Position numbers and translations under genes: made by a program
Notes under the pieces: model-generated
Database searches by the model: none
What the model saw: the letters and a program-made list of their open reading frames with translations, nothing else
What the model was told of the DNA's origin: nothing
In this document: positions 32,956 to 42,445 of the stretch, piece by piece
Position numbering within the stretch: the first letter of the stretch is position 1
Layout of the letters: every line of letters starts with the position of its first letter
Assembly: GCA_963755125.1 (NCBI GenBank)
Contig: CAVWIP010000008.1
Span: forward strand, 64,001-128,000
Source: an uncultured delta proteobacterium
GTDB taxonomy: Bacteria; Myxococcota_A; Polyangia; Fen-1088
DNA length: 64,000 bases
Reading direction: 5' to 3'

Positions 32956-34686
32956 TCAGTACAGGTACATCAGGCGGATGCGCCCGCTCCACATTGTGTT
33001 GGCGAGGGAGTTCGGCTCGCCGCTTGGCCAGATGTCTGCGCGGGCATACGCCAGAGACGCCTTCACGAAGAGTTGACTGGCGATGAGGTACTGGACGGCC
33101 CCGAACATCTGCAGCTGTGCCGTGTAGTCGGTATCCGCGTTGGCCACTTTGTGGCTGTAATACTGGGTCGTCCAGTCGACGCCTCCGCCCACCAACAGAT
33201 CTCCGAAACCGGAGCCTCGGCGGCCGAGACGGGCATTGGCAAAACCGCCCACACTGGTCGTCGTGTAGGAACCCGTGTCGACCTGATTCCCGTCTGCGTC
33301 GTGCTGGGTGACGTCGCCCCACGCGATGTTTCCGCCGAATTCGACGTACGGATCGAACACGAACTGGAACGCGCCCCCGACCCCTTTCCGGGTTATCCCG
33401 CTCTTGTCGTCCACCCAGGCCGTACTGCCAGGCGCCTGAATCTGCGTCGAGGCTGTCACACTCTGGTACTCCGCCCCTGCCTTGAGTTTCAGCCACCCTA
33501 GGTCAAGGATAGCGCTGGGACGTCCGCCCCAGACGTTGTTGCCGCCACCAGCGGGGACGCCAGCAGCGCCCGCGGCTCCTGCGCCCGCAACGGCTGCGTC
33601 GTCGGTGCCAATCTGGCCCAGCAGTTCGAAGCGCAGAACGCTGAGCGGGTAGAAATGTAGCGCAGCGTAGCCCAACCCCCTGCCCTGCGGCCGGTCATGC
33701 AAGTAGGTCACTCCGTAGTACTCGGGCGCGGGGAGGAGGCCGGTCACAGTTTGCCGCGCGCCCTCTCGCTCCAAGGTGTATTGGTCGAGGCCCACGCCCG
33801 TGTGATAAATCTCCCATCCCTCAAAACGCCCGACCTTGAGATCCCAGACGCTCCACTGCCCTATGCGCAGCCAAAGGTCATCCGTGCCGACAGTCCCAGC
33901 AGCAGGACAAATTGTCGAGTCGGTCGTCTGACACTCGCTGCCGACCAGTTCGACCTGCGCCTGAATGAAGAACCGGCCGCTGACGTAAGCCGGTGTCAGA
34001 CGCAGAACCGCGCGGCCCTGCTGCAGCAAGCTGACGGTCTTCGGCACAAGCGGGTTCTCGCTCGTGATTCGCTCGTACCCATTGTCGACCCACACCAAAC
34101 CGGAGATACCAACCCCGGTCCTCGTCATGTAGGGAAACTGCAGGCCGTGATAGGACGGTTCGAGCCAAAGCGATCCGCCGTACAGGCCGCGCAGGGTGCC
34201 GGGGTACGCGCTCGGCCCAAGATGCTCGACGTACTGAAGTGGCGGCGGCGGGATCAGGGCGGGCATGGTTTCTTCTTCAGGCGGGGCCGGCGGCTCCGGC
34301 TGGGACGGTGCCGCCGAACTTCCGGCAACGGACGCGGCAGCGGGCGCAGGTGACGCGGCTGCTGGCGCGGCAGCGGGCGCAGGTTCTGGCGCGGGTTTGG
34401 TTTCTGGAGGAGGCGGCAGTGGGGTGGGGATCTGGGTCAGATCGCCCTTGGGTGGAGTCTCCCATGCTTGGCTTGCCGTGGAAGCCGGGGCGGGGACGAC
34501 CGCCGTATCTGCCGTCTTGCTCTTCTTGGCACTAGACGAACTGGGCGCTGCCTTCTTTTTGGCCGCGACCGGCTTGCCCTTCTCCTTCTTGGCCGCTTCC
34601 ACCACGGGGCTGAGCATCAGGGCAACCGCCGGCGCCAAGCACAGGACGAAGGACAACAGAACAGATCGCGGGCGTGTGCATGTCAT
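32956..34686 (-). CDS. Probable outer-membrane beta-barrel protein with Pro/Ala-rich N-terminal region
   Basis: Signal peptide, low-complexity linker, many amphipathic strands, aromatic C-terminus RIRLMYLY. Confidence 0.6.
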   Translation of the reverse strand: MTCTRPRSVLLSFVLCLAPAVALMLSPVVEAAKKEKGKPVAAKKKAAPSSSSAKKSKTADTAVVPAPASTASQAWETPPKGDLTQIPTPLPPPPETKPAPEPAPAAAPAAASPAPAAASVAGSSAAPSQPEPPAPPEEETMPALIPPPPLQYVEHLGPSAYPGTLRGLYGGSLWLEPSYHGLQFPYMTRTGVGISGLVWVDNGYERITSENPLVPKTVSLLQQGRAVLRLTPAYVSGRFFIQAQVELVGSECQTTDSTICPAAGTVGTDDLWLRIGQWSVWDLKVGRFEGWEIYHTGVGLDQYTLEREGARQTVTGLLPAPEYYGVTYLHDRPQGRGLGYAALHFYPLSVLRFELLGQIGTDDAAVAGAGAAGAAGVPAGGGNNVWGGRPSAILDLGWLKLKAGAEYQSVTASTQIQAPGSTAWVDDKSGITRKGVGGAFQFVFDPYVEFGGNIAWGDVTQHDADGNQVDTGSYTTTSVGGFANARLGRRGSGFGDLLVGGGVDWTTQYYSHKVANADTDYTAQLQMFGAVQYLIASQLFVKASLAYARADIWPSGEPNSLANTMWSGRIRLMYLY

Positions 34687-34764
34687 AGGGATCCCATCCA
34701 ATGCGAAAGCCATGTCTGGGTCAAGAGACTCCGGGGATAATCGCTTGCCGTATCGGGCTCGGGG

Positions 34765-36915
34765 TCAGCGCTGCCGGGCGATGGCTATGGCAAGCACGGG
34801 CGGGACAGCCAGCAACGCGACCAGCACGCAGGCCGCGTCGAGGCCGAAGCCGGGAAGCGCAATCGCAGCGATGACCGGCGCGGCCAAGGCCGCACCCAAC
34901 AGGTCCACGACGTAGATTGCCGCCGGTGTGGCACCCGCGACCAAGGCCGTGCGAAAGGCGATCCCTACGGCTGCGCCGGCCACCAGCGAAGCCACCAGCA
35001 GGACGGCCATCATCACGCCTGCCGGTGCCTGCGTCGAAATGCGGGAGAGCAGAGGCAGAAGCACCGGGACCACGAGGCCCAGGCAGAGCGCGCCCCACAG
35101 CCGAATCTTTGGGAACTCGCCAGCTCCCCAGGCAACAAGCGCCAACCCGGCCATGTTGGCGGCCAGGAGCGCGCCCAGCAGGTGATGCAAGACTCCCAGG
35201 GCAGACTGCGTGACGGCAAGAATCAGCACGGCCGAGGCCATGCTGGCAAAGCCCACCACGGACACGACCAGAAGAACTGGCACATGGGCTTTCCGACCGC
35301 GCGCAGCGAGGACAGCCAGCAGCACGAGCAGAACGGCCAGCCCCAGCTCCAGCGGCCAGAACCCAAGGCCAAGAGCCCGACGCAACAGCGCGGCGACGCG
35401 CCCGGGATCGGCACGACCAGAAACCAGCAGGTTGTGCAGGTACGCGGTGGGAAGACGATCGCTGCTTGCCGCGACCGCCACACCTCTGTACCGATTGGAG
35501 AGGGACTGCAGGCGTTCCTCGGGCATGAGCACGGCCAGGGAATACTCGTCCACGAAGGTGGCCGTTACCTTCCGTCGATCGAGGCGTCGCCCCAGCTCCT
35601 CGGGATCGCTGCTCAGAGGCGAATCGCTGGCCAAAAAGTAGTTGGTCGACAGCGGCGTCACCATGACGTGCTCGAACACGGAGCCCAGCGCCTTGTACAC
35701 CGCACCGTTGCGCGCGACCAGTTCCGGACTGTAGTAGTTCTCGGCACCAGGCAGGGCAAAGGCCAGCACGCCTCCGGGCCGCAACGCACGCCGGGCCTCG
35801 GCAAAGCTCTCCCTGGTGAGCAGACGACTGGCGAGCAGGGTCGACGGCTCGGCGGTGCTCAAGATCACGACATCCCAGTTCCCTGCTCCTCGCCGCAGAA
35901 GATTGCGCACATCGCCCGTGAGCCTGTGCACGCGGGGATCGCTCAGTGCCTGGCGCGTGGCAAGGTCAGCGGCCTTTATCTCGATCTCGGCCAAACTCAC
36001 CTCGGGCTCGGCCAGGGCCACCTCGACCACTGGATACTTGAGAATCTCGGGCAGAAGTCCGCCCAGCCCTCTCGCGACGAAGATCCACCGCGGCTCGCTC
36101 ACCTGCAGCAGGGCCAGGTGCGCCAGCTCATCGGAAGATTGGGGTTCGGGCAGCACCAGGGCCAGATGGCCGTCCTCGTACAGGGCGCGCTGCCCGGCCC
36201 GACGAAGCACGGCCACATGACCGTGGCGGGTGTATGCGCTTGCCTCGATGGTTTCCCCTGGCCAACGCCATGCCAGGCTGCGCGCCTCGATGGCGCCCAA
36301 CCCTCGCTGGCCCAGAACAGCGACGACGGCGAGCCCGACCACTGCGAGCATCCATACACGTCCGAGCAGCAAAGCCGCGGCCAGCACGACACCGATGCTC
36401 AGCCCTGCCGCAACCGCAAAGGGCTGCCAGGTTTCCACCAGCCAGGTCGCTGTCACGCCACCGGCAAGCCAGCCCGCTGCCTCGGCCAGGTAGGCGCGCG
36501 CCGGGGCCACGCCGGGCAGTCGGCAGGCCAAGGTGAAGCTGGCCCCACCCACCAGGCAGACCGGCGCCAGGGTCAGCAGCAGCCCGAGCACATGCTGATC
36601 GAGGGTGAGCAGCGCGCCCGGCGCCAGCGAAAAAATGCGCGGCAAGCCTCGCGCGGTCAGCAGCGCAGCGAAGAGCGCCGGGCCCAGCAAGAGTGCGCCG
36701 GCCACGAGAAACCAACGGGAAAGGCGGCTGGGAAGCAGCCCGGCCGCCGCACTGCCGGCCGCGGTCAGTACCAGCCATTGGCCCAAGGCCAGAGCGATGG
36801 CCAGTTCGTTGCCCTGTGAGGCTGCAAGCGCCTCGCGCAGCAATGTGGTCTGGCTGGTCGCGATGACCCAGCCAAGCAACGCGACGCTGGCGAGGGGTGA
36901 AACCCGGAAAAACAT
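34765..36915 (-). CDS. Membrane protein with central spermidine-synthase-like SAM-binding domain
   Basis: N- and C-terminal TM bundles (LLRE..GNEL, YLAEAAG, YVVDLLGA); central DPRV..GDVR..WDVVIL..LRPGG. Confidence 0.7.
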   Translation of the reverse strand: MFFRVSPLASVALLGWVIATSQTTLLREALAASQGNELAIALALGQWLVLTAAGSAAAGLLPSRLSRWFLVAGALLLGPALFAALLTARGLPRIFSLAPGALLTLDQHVLGLLLTLAPVCLVGGASFTLACRLPGVAPARAYLAEAAGWLAGGVTATWLVETWQPFAVAAGLSIGVVLAAALLLGRVWMLAVVGLAVVAVLGQRGLGAIEARSLAWRWPGETIEASAYTRHGHVAVLRRAGQRALYEDGHLALVLPEPQSSDELAHLALLQVSEPRWIFVARGLGGLLPEILKYPVVEVALAEPEVSLAEIEIKAADLATRQALSDPRVHRLTGDVRNLLRRGAGNWDVVILSTAEPSTLLASRLLTRESFAEARRALRPGGVLAFALPGAENYYSPELVARNGAVYKALGSVFEHVMVTPLSTNYFLASDSPLSSDPEELGRRLDRRKVTATFVDEYSLAVLMPEERLQSLSNRYRGVAVAASSDRLPTAYLHNLLVSGRADPGRVAALLRRALGLGFWPLELGLAVLLVLLAVLAARGRKAHVPVLLVVSVVGFASMASAVLILAVTQSALGVLHHLLGALLAANMAGLALVAWGAGEFPKIRLWGALCLGLVVPVLLPLLSRISTQAPAGVMMAVLLVASLVAGAAVGIAFRTALVAGATPAAIYVVDLLGAALAAPVIAAIALPGFGLDAACVLVALLAVPPVLAIAIARQR

Positions 36916-36992
36916 GGCGTTTGGACGCCTGAAACTTACCCGCAATCCGATTCTGGCGCTTGCGGCCGTAGATGATAAACAAGAGTCTCACA

Positions 36993-37412
36993 ATGTCTCG
37001 CCGCAGTTCACTCCTTCCATTGCTCCTGGTTCCGCCGCTGCTGGCACTTCTGGCCAGCCCGATCCTGCGACATCAAGCCTGGGCGGAAACCGCAGGAACG
37101 CCCCTTGCGCGCCCGGCGGGCTACAGGCCGGAGAAGAAACTGGTGCGCATGTGGAATTCCAAGTGCGCGACTTGCCACGGCGAGGACGGCCGCGCCCGCA
37201 CAGAGCAGGGCGAGGGAATGGGCATCGACGACATGACCAAGGCCGCCTACTGGAAAGATGTGACGGTCGAGCGCGCCCGCAAGTCGGTCCTCGAAGGCAT
37301 CAAACGCACTGTCAACGGGAAAGAGCAAGAGATGAAGCCGTTTGGCGATCGCCTGACGCCGCAGCAGGTCGACGCCCTCAACCTTTACGCGGTTTCATTC
37401 TTCAAGAAGTAG
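36993..37412 (+). CDS. Monoheme c-type cytochrome
   Basis: Signal peptide, CATCHG heme motif, distal Met in EMKPF. Confidence 0.85.
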   Translation: MSRRSSLLPLLLVPPLLALLASPILRHQAWAETAGTPLARPAGYRPEKKLVRMWNSKCATCHGEDGRARTEQGEGMGIDDMTKAAYWKDVTVERARKSVLEGIKRTVNGKEQEMKPFGDRLTPQQVDALNLYAVSFFKK

Positions 37413-37472
37413 CCCACAAGCCTGGTCGATCCCTGTAGAATTAAAGGATTAGGAGGCCGCGTCCAAGCAACC

Positions 37473-37997
37473 ATGTCGACCCCAGGGGTAGGCGAGGATA
37501 TCGAGGACATCTGCACCCGCTGCGGCGACACCTGGCACGTGGTGATGGCCAAGGTGGGCGATCGCGTGGCCAAGGTGGTGTGCAAACTCTGCGGCGGCCA
37601 GCATAACTATCGTGGCGACCAGGCAGCGGCCGCGCCGGCTAGCAGCGGGGCGAGCAGTTCCTGGGGCCGCTCTCGAAAACGGCGCATCACAAGGTCGAAC
37701 CCAATCACGCCAGCGTCGACAGTGGTCTTTGACCCCAGCAAACCGCCTCGGGCCTATTCACCCAAGGAAGGCTTTCTACCTGGCGAGCGCGTGACCCACG
37801 CGACCTTCGGTATCGGCGTGGTCAGCGGCGTGCCCGGCCCGGGCAAGGTCGAGATTCATTTTCCCGGCGGTCTGCGCACCCTGGCCTGCGCCAAGGCGGT
37901 GTCAACCCTGGAGCGGCCGGTGGCGGCGATGGACGTGGCCTTGCCCGATCGCCCGCCTCTTCCCAAGCCACGCTCGGGTAATGGCACCGGCGCCTAG
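37473..37997 (+). CDS. Zn-ribbon + Tudor/SH3-like hypothetical protein
   Basis: CTRC..H..CKLCGGQH; GERVTHATFGIGVV..KVEIHF. Confidence 0.7.
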   Translation: MSTPGVGEDIEDICTRCGDTWHVVMAKVGDRVAKVVCKLCGGQHNYRGDQAAAAPASSGASSSWGRSRKRRITRSNPITPASTVVFDPSKPPRAYSPKEGFLPGERVTHATFGIGVVSGVPGPGKVEIHFPGGLRTLACAKAVSTLERPVAAMDVALPDRPPLPKPRSGNGTGA

Positions 37998-38017
37998 CGC
38001 TCCCAAAGGGCGTCACC

Positions 38018-39505
38018 TTGCCCTCGGCCCCGCCCCTCCAGCCAGGCGTCAGCGTTGTGGTGACAGTCGATGGGCTCGACCCCGACGGCGCAGGCGTGGC
38101 CGATGTGCCAACCAAAATAAGCCTGTTTCGCCTGCACGTGGCCGGCGCTCTGCCCGGCGAGCGCGTGCGGGCGCGCGTGGCGCATGTGTCGCCTCACGCG
38201 CGCGAGCAAGGCCAGGACGCGTGGGCCGATCTTGAGGAAGTCGCGAGTCCCTCGCCCGAGCGGGTGGCGCCGCCCTGCCCGGCCCACCAGCGCTGCGGCG
38301 CCTGCCCGCTCGCCATCTGGGCCTATCCCGCGCATCTGGAATGGAAACGCGGGTTGGTGGCCGCCGCACTGGCGACGCAGAAGGAACTGTCGCGTGGGGA
38401 GCCCGCCGGCTGTGCCGGCGGCGCACCATCGCGGGAAGGCATGGGAACCCTCCCAGGGTTCCCATATCAATGGGTCGACGTGCCGGTGGCGGCCTGCGTG
38501 CCGTCTCCACGCCCATTCGGCTATCGCGGCAACGCCAAGTGTGTCTTTGGACACGACCGCGACGGCAGACTGGTGCTGGGCGCCTACGCCCCGCGATCGC
38601 ATGAGATCGTGGACATGTCTGGCTGCCCCATCGCCGAGCCGGCGCTGGCCGAGATCGCGGCGGGGCTGCTGGCCCTTCTGACCAAGCACGGGGTGGCGCC
38701 TTTCGATGAAATCCGTCGCACGGGACTTCTGCGCTACGCGATCTTGCGCGCCAATGCCGACGGCAAGGTGCTGGTCGCGCTGGTCACTGGCCGCAAGAAC
38801 TGGCCCGGGGCGGAGGCTCTTGCGCGTGAGCTGGCAGCCACCTGTTCGGCCGTGCTGGGCGTGGTCCACAACATCAACAGTGCGAGCGGGAACACCCTCT
38901 TGGGCGAATCCGAGCGCACCTTGTTCGGCTCTGCCACCATCGAAGACACCATCGGCTCGGCGCGAGTGCGCCTGGGGCCGCGCTCGTTTGCTCAGGCCAA
39001 TCGTTTGGTGGCAGGCCGCGTCTACCAAGACATCGTGGACGCTGCCGCGCGCCTGGGATCGATCGATCGTGTGGTCGACGCCTACGCCGGCGCTGGCGGC
39101 ATTGCCTTGGCGCTGGAACCGCTGGCGCGCGAACTGGTGGCCATCGAGGAGAATTCAGCGGCCTGCGCGACGGCACAGGCTTTTCTCGCGGAACGCGGGC
39201 CGGGTGATCCCGGGGCACGCGTTCGCTTCGTGACCGGCGACGTGGCGGACCGTCTCGGGCACGTGGGCAAGGCGGATCTGGTGGTGCTCAATCCGCCGCG
39301 CAAGGGCTGTGCCCCGGTGGTTCTGGCCGCCGTGGCGCAGATGCACCCGCGGCTGGTTGCCTACCTGAGCTGCAACCCCGCTTCCCTGGCGCGCGATCTG
39401 GCAGCCCTGGTGCGCCTGGGTCTGCGCACCCTCAGCGTCACTCCGTACGACATGCTGGCACAGACTCCCCATGTCGAGGCTCTGGCCCTGGTCGTGAGCG
39501 GATAG
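38018..39505 (+). CDS. rlmD: 23S rRNA m5U methyltransferase RlmD/RumA family, carrying an in-frame repeat insertion
   Basis: GALPGE, CPAHQRCGAC, SFAQAN, DAYAGAG, LNPPRKG, YLSCNP, DMLAQTPHVE. Confidence 0.88.
   Translation: MPSAPPLQPGVSVVVTVDGLDPDGAGVADVPTKISLFRLHVAGALPGERVRARVAHVSPHAREQGQDAWADLEEVASPSPERVAPPCPAHQRCGACPLAIWAYPAHLEWKRGLVAAALATQKELSRGEPAGCAGGAPSREGMGTLPGFPYQWVDVPVAACVPSPRPFGYRGNAKCVFGHDRDGRLVLGAYAPRSHEIVDMSGCPIAEPALAEIAAGLLALLTKHGVAPFDEIRRTGLLRYAILRANADGKVLVALVTGRKNWPGAEALARELAATCSAVLGVVHNINSASGNTLLGESERTLFGSATIEDTIGSARVRLGPRSFAQANRLVAGRVYQDIVDAAARLGSIDRVVDAYAGAGGIALALEPLARELVAIEENSAACATAQAFLAERGPGDPGARVRFVTGDVADRLGHVGKADLVVLNPPRKGCAPVVLAAVAQMHPRLVAYLSCNPASLARDLAALVRLGLRTLSVTPYDMLAQTPHVEALALVVSG
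38390..38465 (+). repeat. Palindromic dispersed repeat, copy C (in-frame within rlmD)
   Basis: Hairpins ccgccggc-tgt-gccggcgg and atgggaaccct-ccc-agggttcccat; encodes SRGEPAGCAGGAPSREGMGTLPGFP. Confidence 0.8.
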
Positions 39506-40232
39506 TCAGGATCAGCACGCCCACCACGAGGAGTGCGGCCGCACCATACTGGCCGGGGGTGAAATGGAAGTAGCGCACGTCCCCAAAACGCAGGAAATCG
39601 AGCAAAAAGCGCACCGGCGCGTACAGCACAGCCAGCAAGCCGAAGAAGAAACCCGGTGCGCGGGCACGCCGACGGCCTAGCCAAAGAAAGAGCAGCGCAA
39701 CCGGCAGGGTGTAGAGCGCCTCGTCCAGCCCCAAATTGTGGCGGACGACGCCGTCGCTGTAGCGCTCGGCCAGGAAGAAGCTGGTGGCCGAGCCGGGATG
39801 GTCGAAGGCGAGAAAGCAACCCGTGCGACCGAAGAACCATGAGGTGGGGAATGCGCAGGCGACCAGATCCAGGTACGGCCACTTCTGCAACCCCAGGCGT
39901 TCGCGGCACACGAAGAACGCGGCAGCCACGATCGCGCCCAAGAACCCGCCGAAGGAACTCAGGCCTTCCCAGAAGCGCAGCAGGCTCCAGGGGTTCGCCA
40001 GGGTATCGGCCGGAAAGTAGACCAATCGATCGATGAGGTGCGCGCTGGCGAAGCCGCCGAGCAGGATCCAAATGGTCAGCCGTTCGGCGGTAATCGGATC
40101 CAGGCCCCAGACTGCGGCTCGATGCCGAATCAGGCGCATCCCGATCAGGATGCCCGCCGCCACCAGCACGCCGAATGCGTGAAGACTGATGGGGCCGAGC
40201 GAGAGGCTGGGCTGTTCAAAATACGGAATCAT
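39438..40232 (-). CDS. lgt: Prolipoprotein diacylglyceryl transferase family protein
   Basis: HAFGVLV, EGLSSFGGFLG, FGRTGCFL..DHPG, RFLLDFLR. Confidence 0.8.
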   Translation of the reverse strand: MIPYFEQPSLSLGPISLHAFGVLVAAGILIGMRLIRHRAAVWGLDPITAERLTIWILLGGFASAHLIDRLVYFPADTLANPWSLLRFWEGLSSFGGFLGAIVAAAFFVCRERLGLQKWPYLDLVACAFPTSWFFGRTGCFLAFDHPGSATSFFLAERYSDGVVRHNLGLDEALYTLPVALLFLWLGRRRARAPGFFFGLLAVLYAPVRFLLDFLRFGDVRYFHFTPGQYGAAALLVVGVLILTIRSRPGPEPRHGESVPACRTE

Positions 40233-40891
40233 GGTTTTCCCGCGTTCACTTTCGCGTGGGGAGCCGGCGAGCTTTGCTCGCCGCGTACCATCGCGGGAGG
40301 GTTGGCGAGGCCGAGCGAAGCGAGCGGGGTGGTGGTGGCGGGTGGGGGGCCGAAGGGCGGAGCGGACCCTCCCAGGGTCCCCATTACAAAGTATCTACGC
40401 GTCCATTCCGCCATGGCGATGCCGGCAGCCACGGTGACCGGGAACGAGTTGTTGATGCCATACATGGGGATGGCCACGATGTCATCGACCTGGGCGAGCA
40501 GTTCCTCTGACACGCCGCTGGTTTCGCTGCCAAACACCATCACGCACGCCTCGGGCAATTCCGCGCGCCACAGGTCCACGCGCGCGTGCTCGCGCTCGAA
40601 GGCGACCAGGGGCAGCTTGCGCTCGCGCGCCCACGCCACCAGCGCCTGCTCGTCGGGAAGCTTGACCAAATTCTCGTAGCGCTGCATGCCCATGGCTGCG
40701 CGCTCGTAGTAGGGCTCGTCTCCCACCAGCAAGATTTCCTGCACCAGAAACGAGTGGGCCACCCGGATGATGGCGCCCACATTGAAGGGATTGCGAAAAC
40801 GCAGGATGGCGATGCGCAGAGGACGGCGCAGGGTCTCCAGACTGGCCCTCACCTCGTCAAGCGGAAGCTCGAATCCAGGGACTTTGGCCAC
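40229..40891 (-). CDS. TrmH/SpoU-family RNA methyltransferase with repeat-derived C-terminal tail
   Basis: NPFNVGAIIR, FGSETSGVS, IPMYGINNSFPVTVAAGI. Confidence 0.85.
   Translation of the reverse strand: MAKVPGFELPLDEVRASLETLRRPLRIAILRFRNPFNVGAIIRVAHSFLVQEILLVGDEPYYERAAMGMQRYENLVKLPDEQALVAWARERKLPLVAFEREHARVDLWRAELPEACVMVFGSETSGVSEELLAQVDDIVAIPMYGINNSFPVTVAAGIAMAEWTRRYFVMGTLGGSAPPFGPPPATTTPLASLGLANPPAMVRGEQSSPAPHAKVNAGKP
40252..40384 (+). repeat. Palindromic dispersed repeat, copy B (long form, within the 3' end of the TrmH-family gene)
   Basis: tcgcgtggggagc-cggcgagc ttt gctcgccg-cgtaccatcgcggg..[~58-nt insert]..ggaccct ccc agggtccccat. Confidence 0.8.
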
Positions 40892-40948
40892 GGTGGCGCA
40901 AGGGTAGCACCACCGCATGCCATTCGCCTGGCAGTGCCGGCGCTCCCT

Positions 40949-41470
40949 CTACCGCGGCACCTGCACTTTGATGGTGGGAACGTTCCTGGGAACGCGCATT
41001 CTCCCAGGACCCCAGATGAAAGCCGCGGCGATGGCCAGCGCCATCGCGGCCAGGACGATGACCCAGAACCACTTCGATCGAGTGATGGGCTCGACCGCCT
41101 GCCGCTTCTGCACCATCAGGCCCAGCGTCGCCTTGGTCAGAATCTCGGCCTGCATCTTGCTGGCCATGGCATCGCCGGGAAAGCGGTCCAGCCGATCGCG
41201 ATAGCAACGCCCGGCCGCAGGCAGCAGGTTGGATTGCAGACAGTACTTCGCGAACTCCTCGTGGCGGCTTTCGTCCTGCCAGCGGGCTTCCACCTGCTGC
41301 CACAGCTCTTGCCCCTGCGGCGTCAGATGCGCGCGGGGGTCAGCCAGGCTGGGTCTCCACAGCGCAAACCGGAGGCCGCAACGCGGGCAGGCCGTGGCGT
41401 CGCTGGCGCGCTTGTGCCCGCACTTGGGACAGGTTCCCTTGCCGCTGCTGCTGGTATCGCTCTCGCTCAT
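40949..41470 (-). CDS. Zn-ribbon membrane-anchored hypothetical protein
   Basis: CPKCG..CPRCG N-terminus, C-terminal TM helix; coupled to the upstream protease gene. Confidence 0.7.
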   Translation of the reverse strand: MSESDTSSSGKGTCPKCGHKRASDATACPRCGLRFALWRPSLADPRAHLTPQGQELWQQVEARWQDESRHEEFAKYCLQSNLLPAAGRCYRDRLDRFPGDAMASKMQAEILTKATLGLMVQKRQAVEPITRSKWFWVIVLAAMALAIAAAFIWGPGRMRVPRNVPTIKVQVPR

Positions 41471-42441
41471 GGTCGGTTTTGCTGCAACACCTGGCTCGGC
41501 CCGCCAGCCGGAGCGCCCAAGCTGGCGCGCAGCGGGACAGGCATGAATATTATGGCGAAGGTCACAAAAACCAGCCAGAAAAGCCCGGCTCGGCTGGCCG
41601 GCAAGGGTCGATCGTCGACGGGCGGATGGTCAATGCCGCCCGACAGGCGACGCAAGAGCGCGAGCAGCACGAACCACATCAGCCAGGGCATGCCGGCCGC
41701 CGTCGCGATGTTGACGGCCGAGACCGGCAGGGCCCCGCCCAGCCGCGCCAGCTCGGCCACGACGTCCGAGTAGACCGCGACAGCGACCCCCAGCGCGAAA
41801 ACCGGCAGCAGGTTCTGCAGGATGCGCGAAGCCCGGCCGTAGCGATTGCCAAAGAACGCGATGGCCACGTGGCCGCCGTCGAGCTGGCCCACGGGCAAAA
41901 GATTGAGCATGGTGACCAGCAGTCCGGCCCACCCGGCCATGGCGGTCGGGTGCAACATCACGTCGCTCCCGCCGCCGGGCAGCCAGGCGCCGTGGATCGC
42001 GCGCTTGAGAACCGCATACAGGATGGAGTTGCCCTCCTGGACGCCGACCCCGACCAGGGGCTGCACCGGCGAGATGGAAAGGCCGTAGACGAGCACCGGG
42101 ATGGCCACGGCCAGTCCGGCCAGCGGCCCGGCGGCGCCGATGTCGATGAGCTTGCGCCGGTCGGAGGTTCTCGACTGCAGGATCACCGCACCCATGGTCC
42201 CGAACAGCCCGATGCCCGGCCACAGTGGTACGAAGTACGGCAGCGACGCCGGCACGTGATGCCAGCGAGCCGCCAGATAGTGACCCATCTCATGACAGAG
42301 CAGGATCGCCATCAGGGGCACCGAGAACGAGAGCCCGTCGGCAAGCGGGAACATGCTGGCAAAGCCATGGCGTTCCAGCGCGCCCTGCATGGTGGTGGTC
42401 AGCAGCGTCGCCAGGAAGAGCGCGAGGTTCAAGAAAGGCAT
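41467..42441 (-). CDS. Site-2 protease (M50 family)
   Basis: HEMGH, AAGPLAG, NLLPVGQLDGGH. Confidence 0.9.
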   Translation of the reverse strand: MPFLNLALFLATLLTTTMQGALERHGFASMFPLADGLSFSVPLMAILLCHEMGHYLAARWHHVPASLPYFVPLWPGIGLFGTMGAVILQSRTSDRRKLIDIGAAGPLAGLAVAIPVLVYGLSISPVQPLVGVGVQEGNSILYAVLKRAIHGAWLPGGGSDVMLHPTAMAGWAGLLVTMLNLLPVGQLDGGHVAIAFFGNRYGRASRILQNLLPVFALGVAVAVYSDVVAELARLGGALPVSAVNIATAAGMPWLMWFVLLALLRRLSGGIDHPPVDDRPLPASRAGLFWLVFVTFAIIFMPVPLRASLGAPAGGPSQVLQQNRP

Positions 42442-42445
42442 TCGG

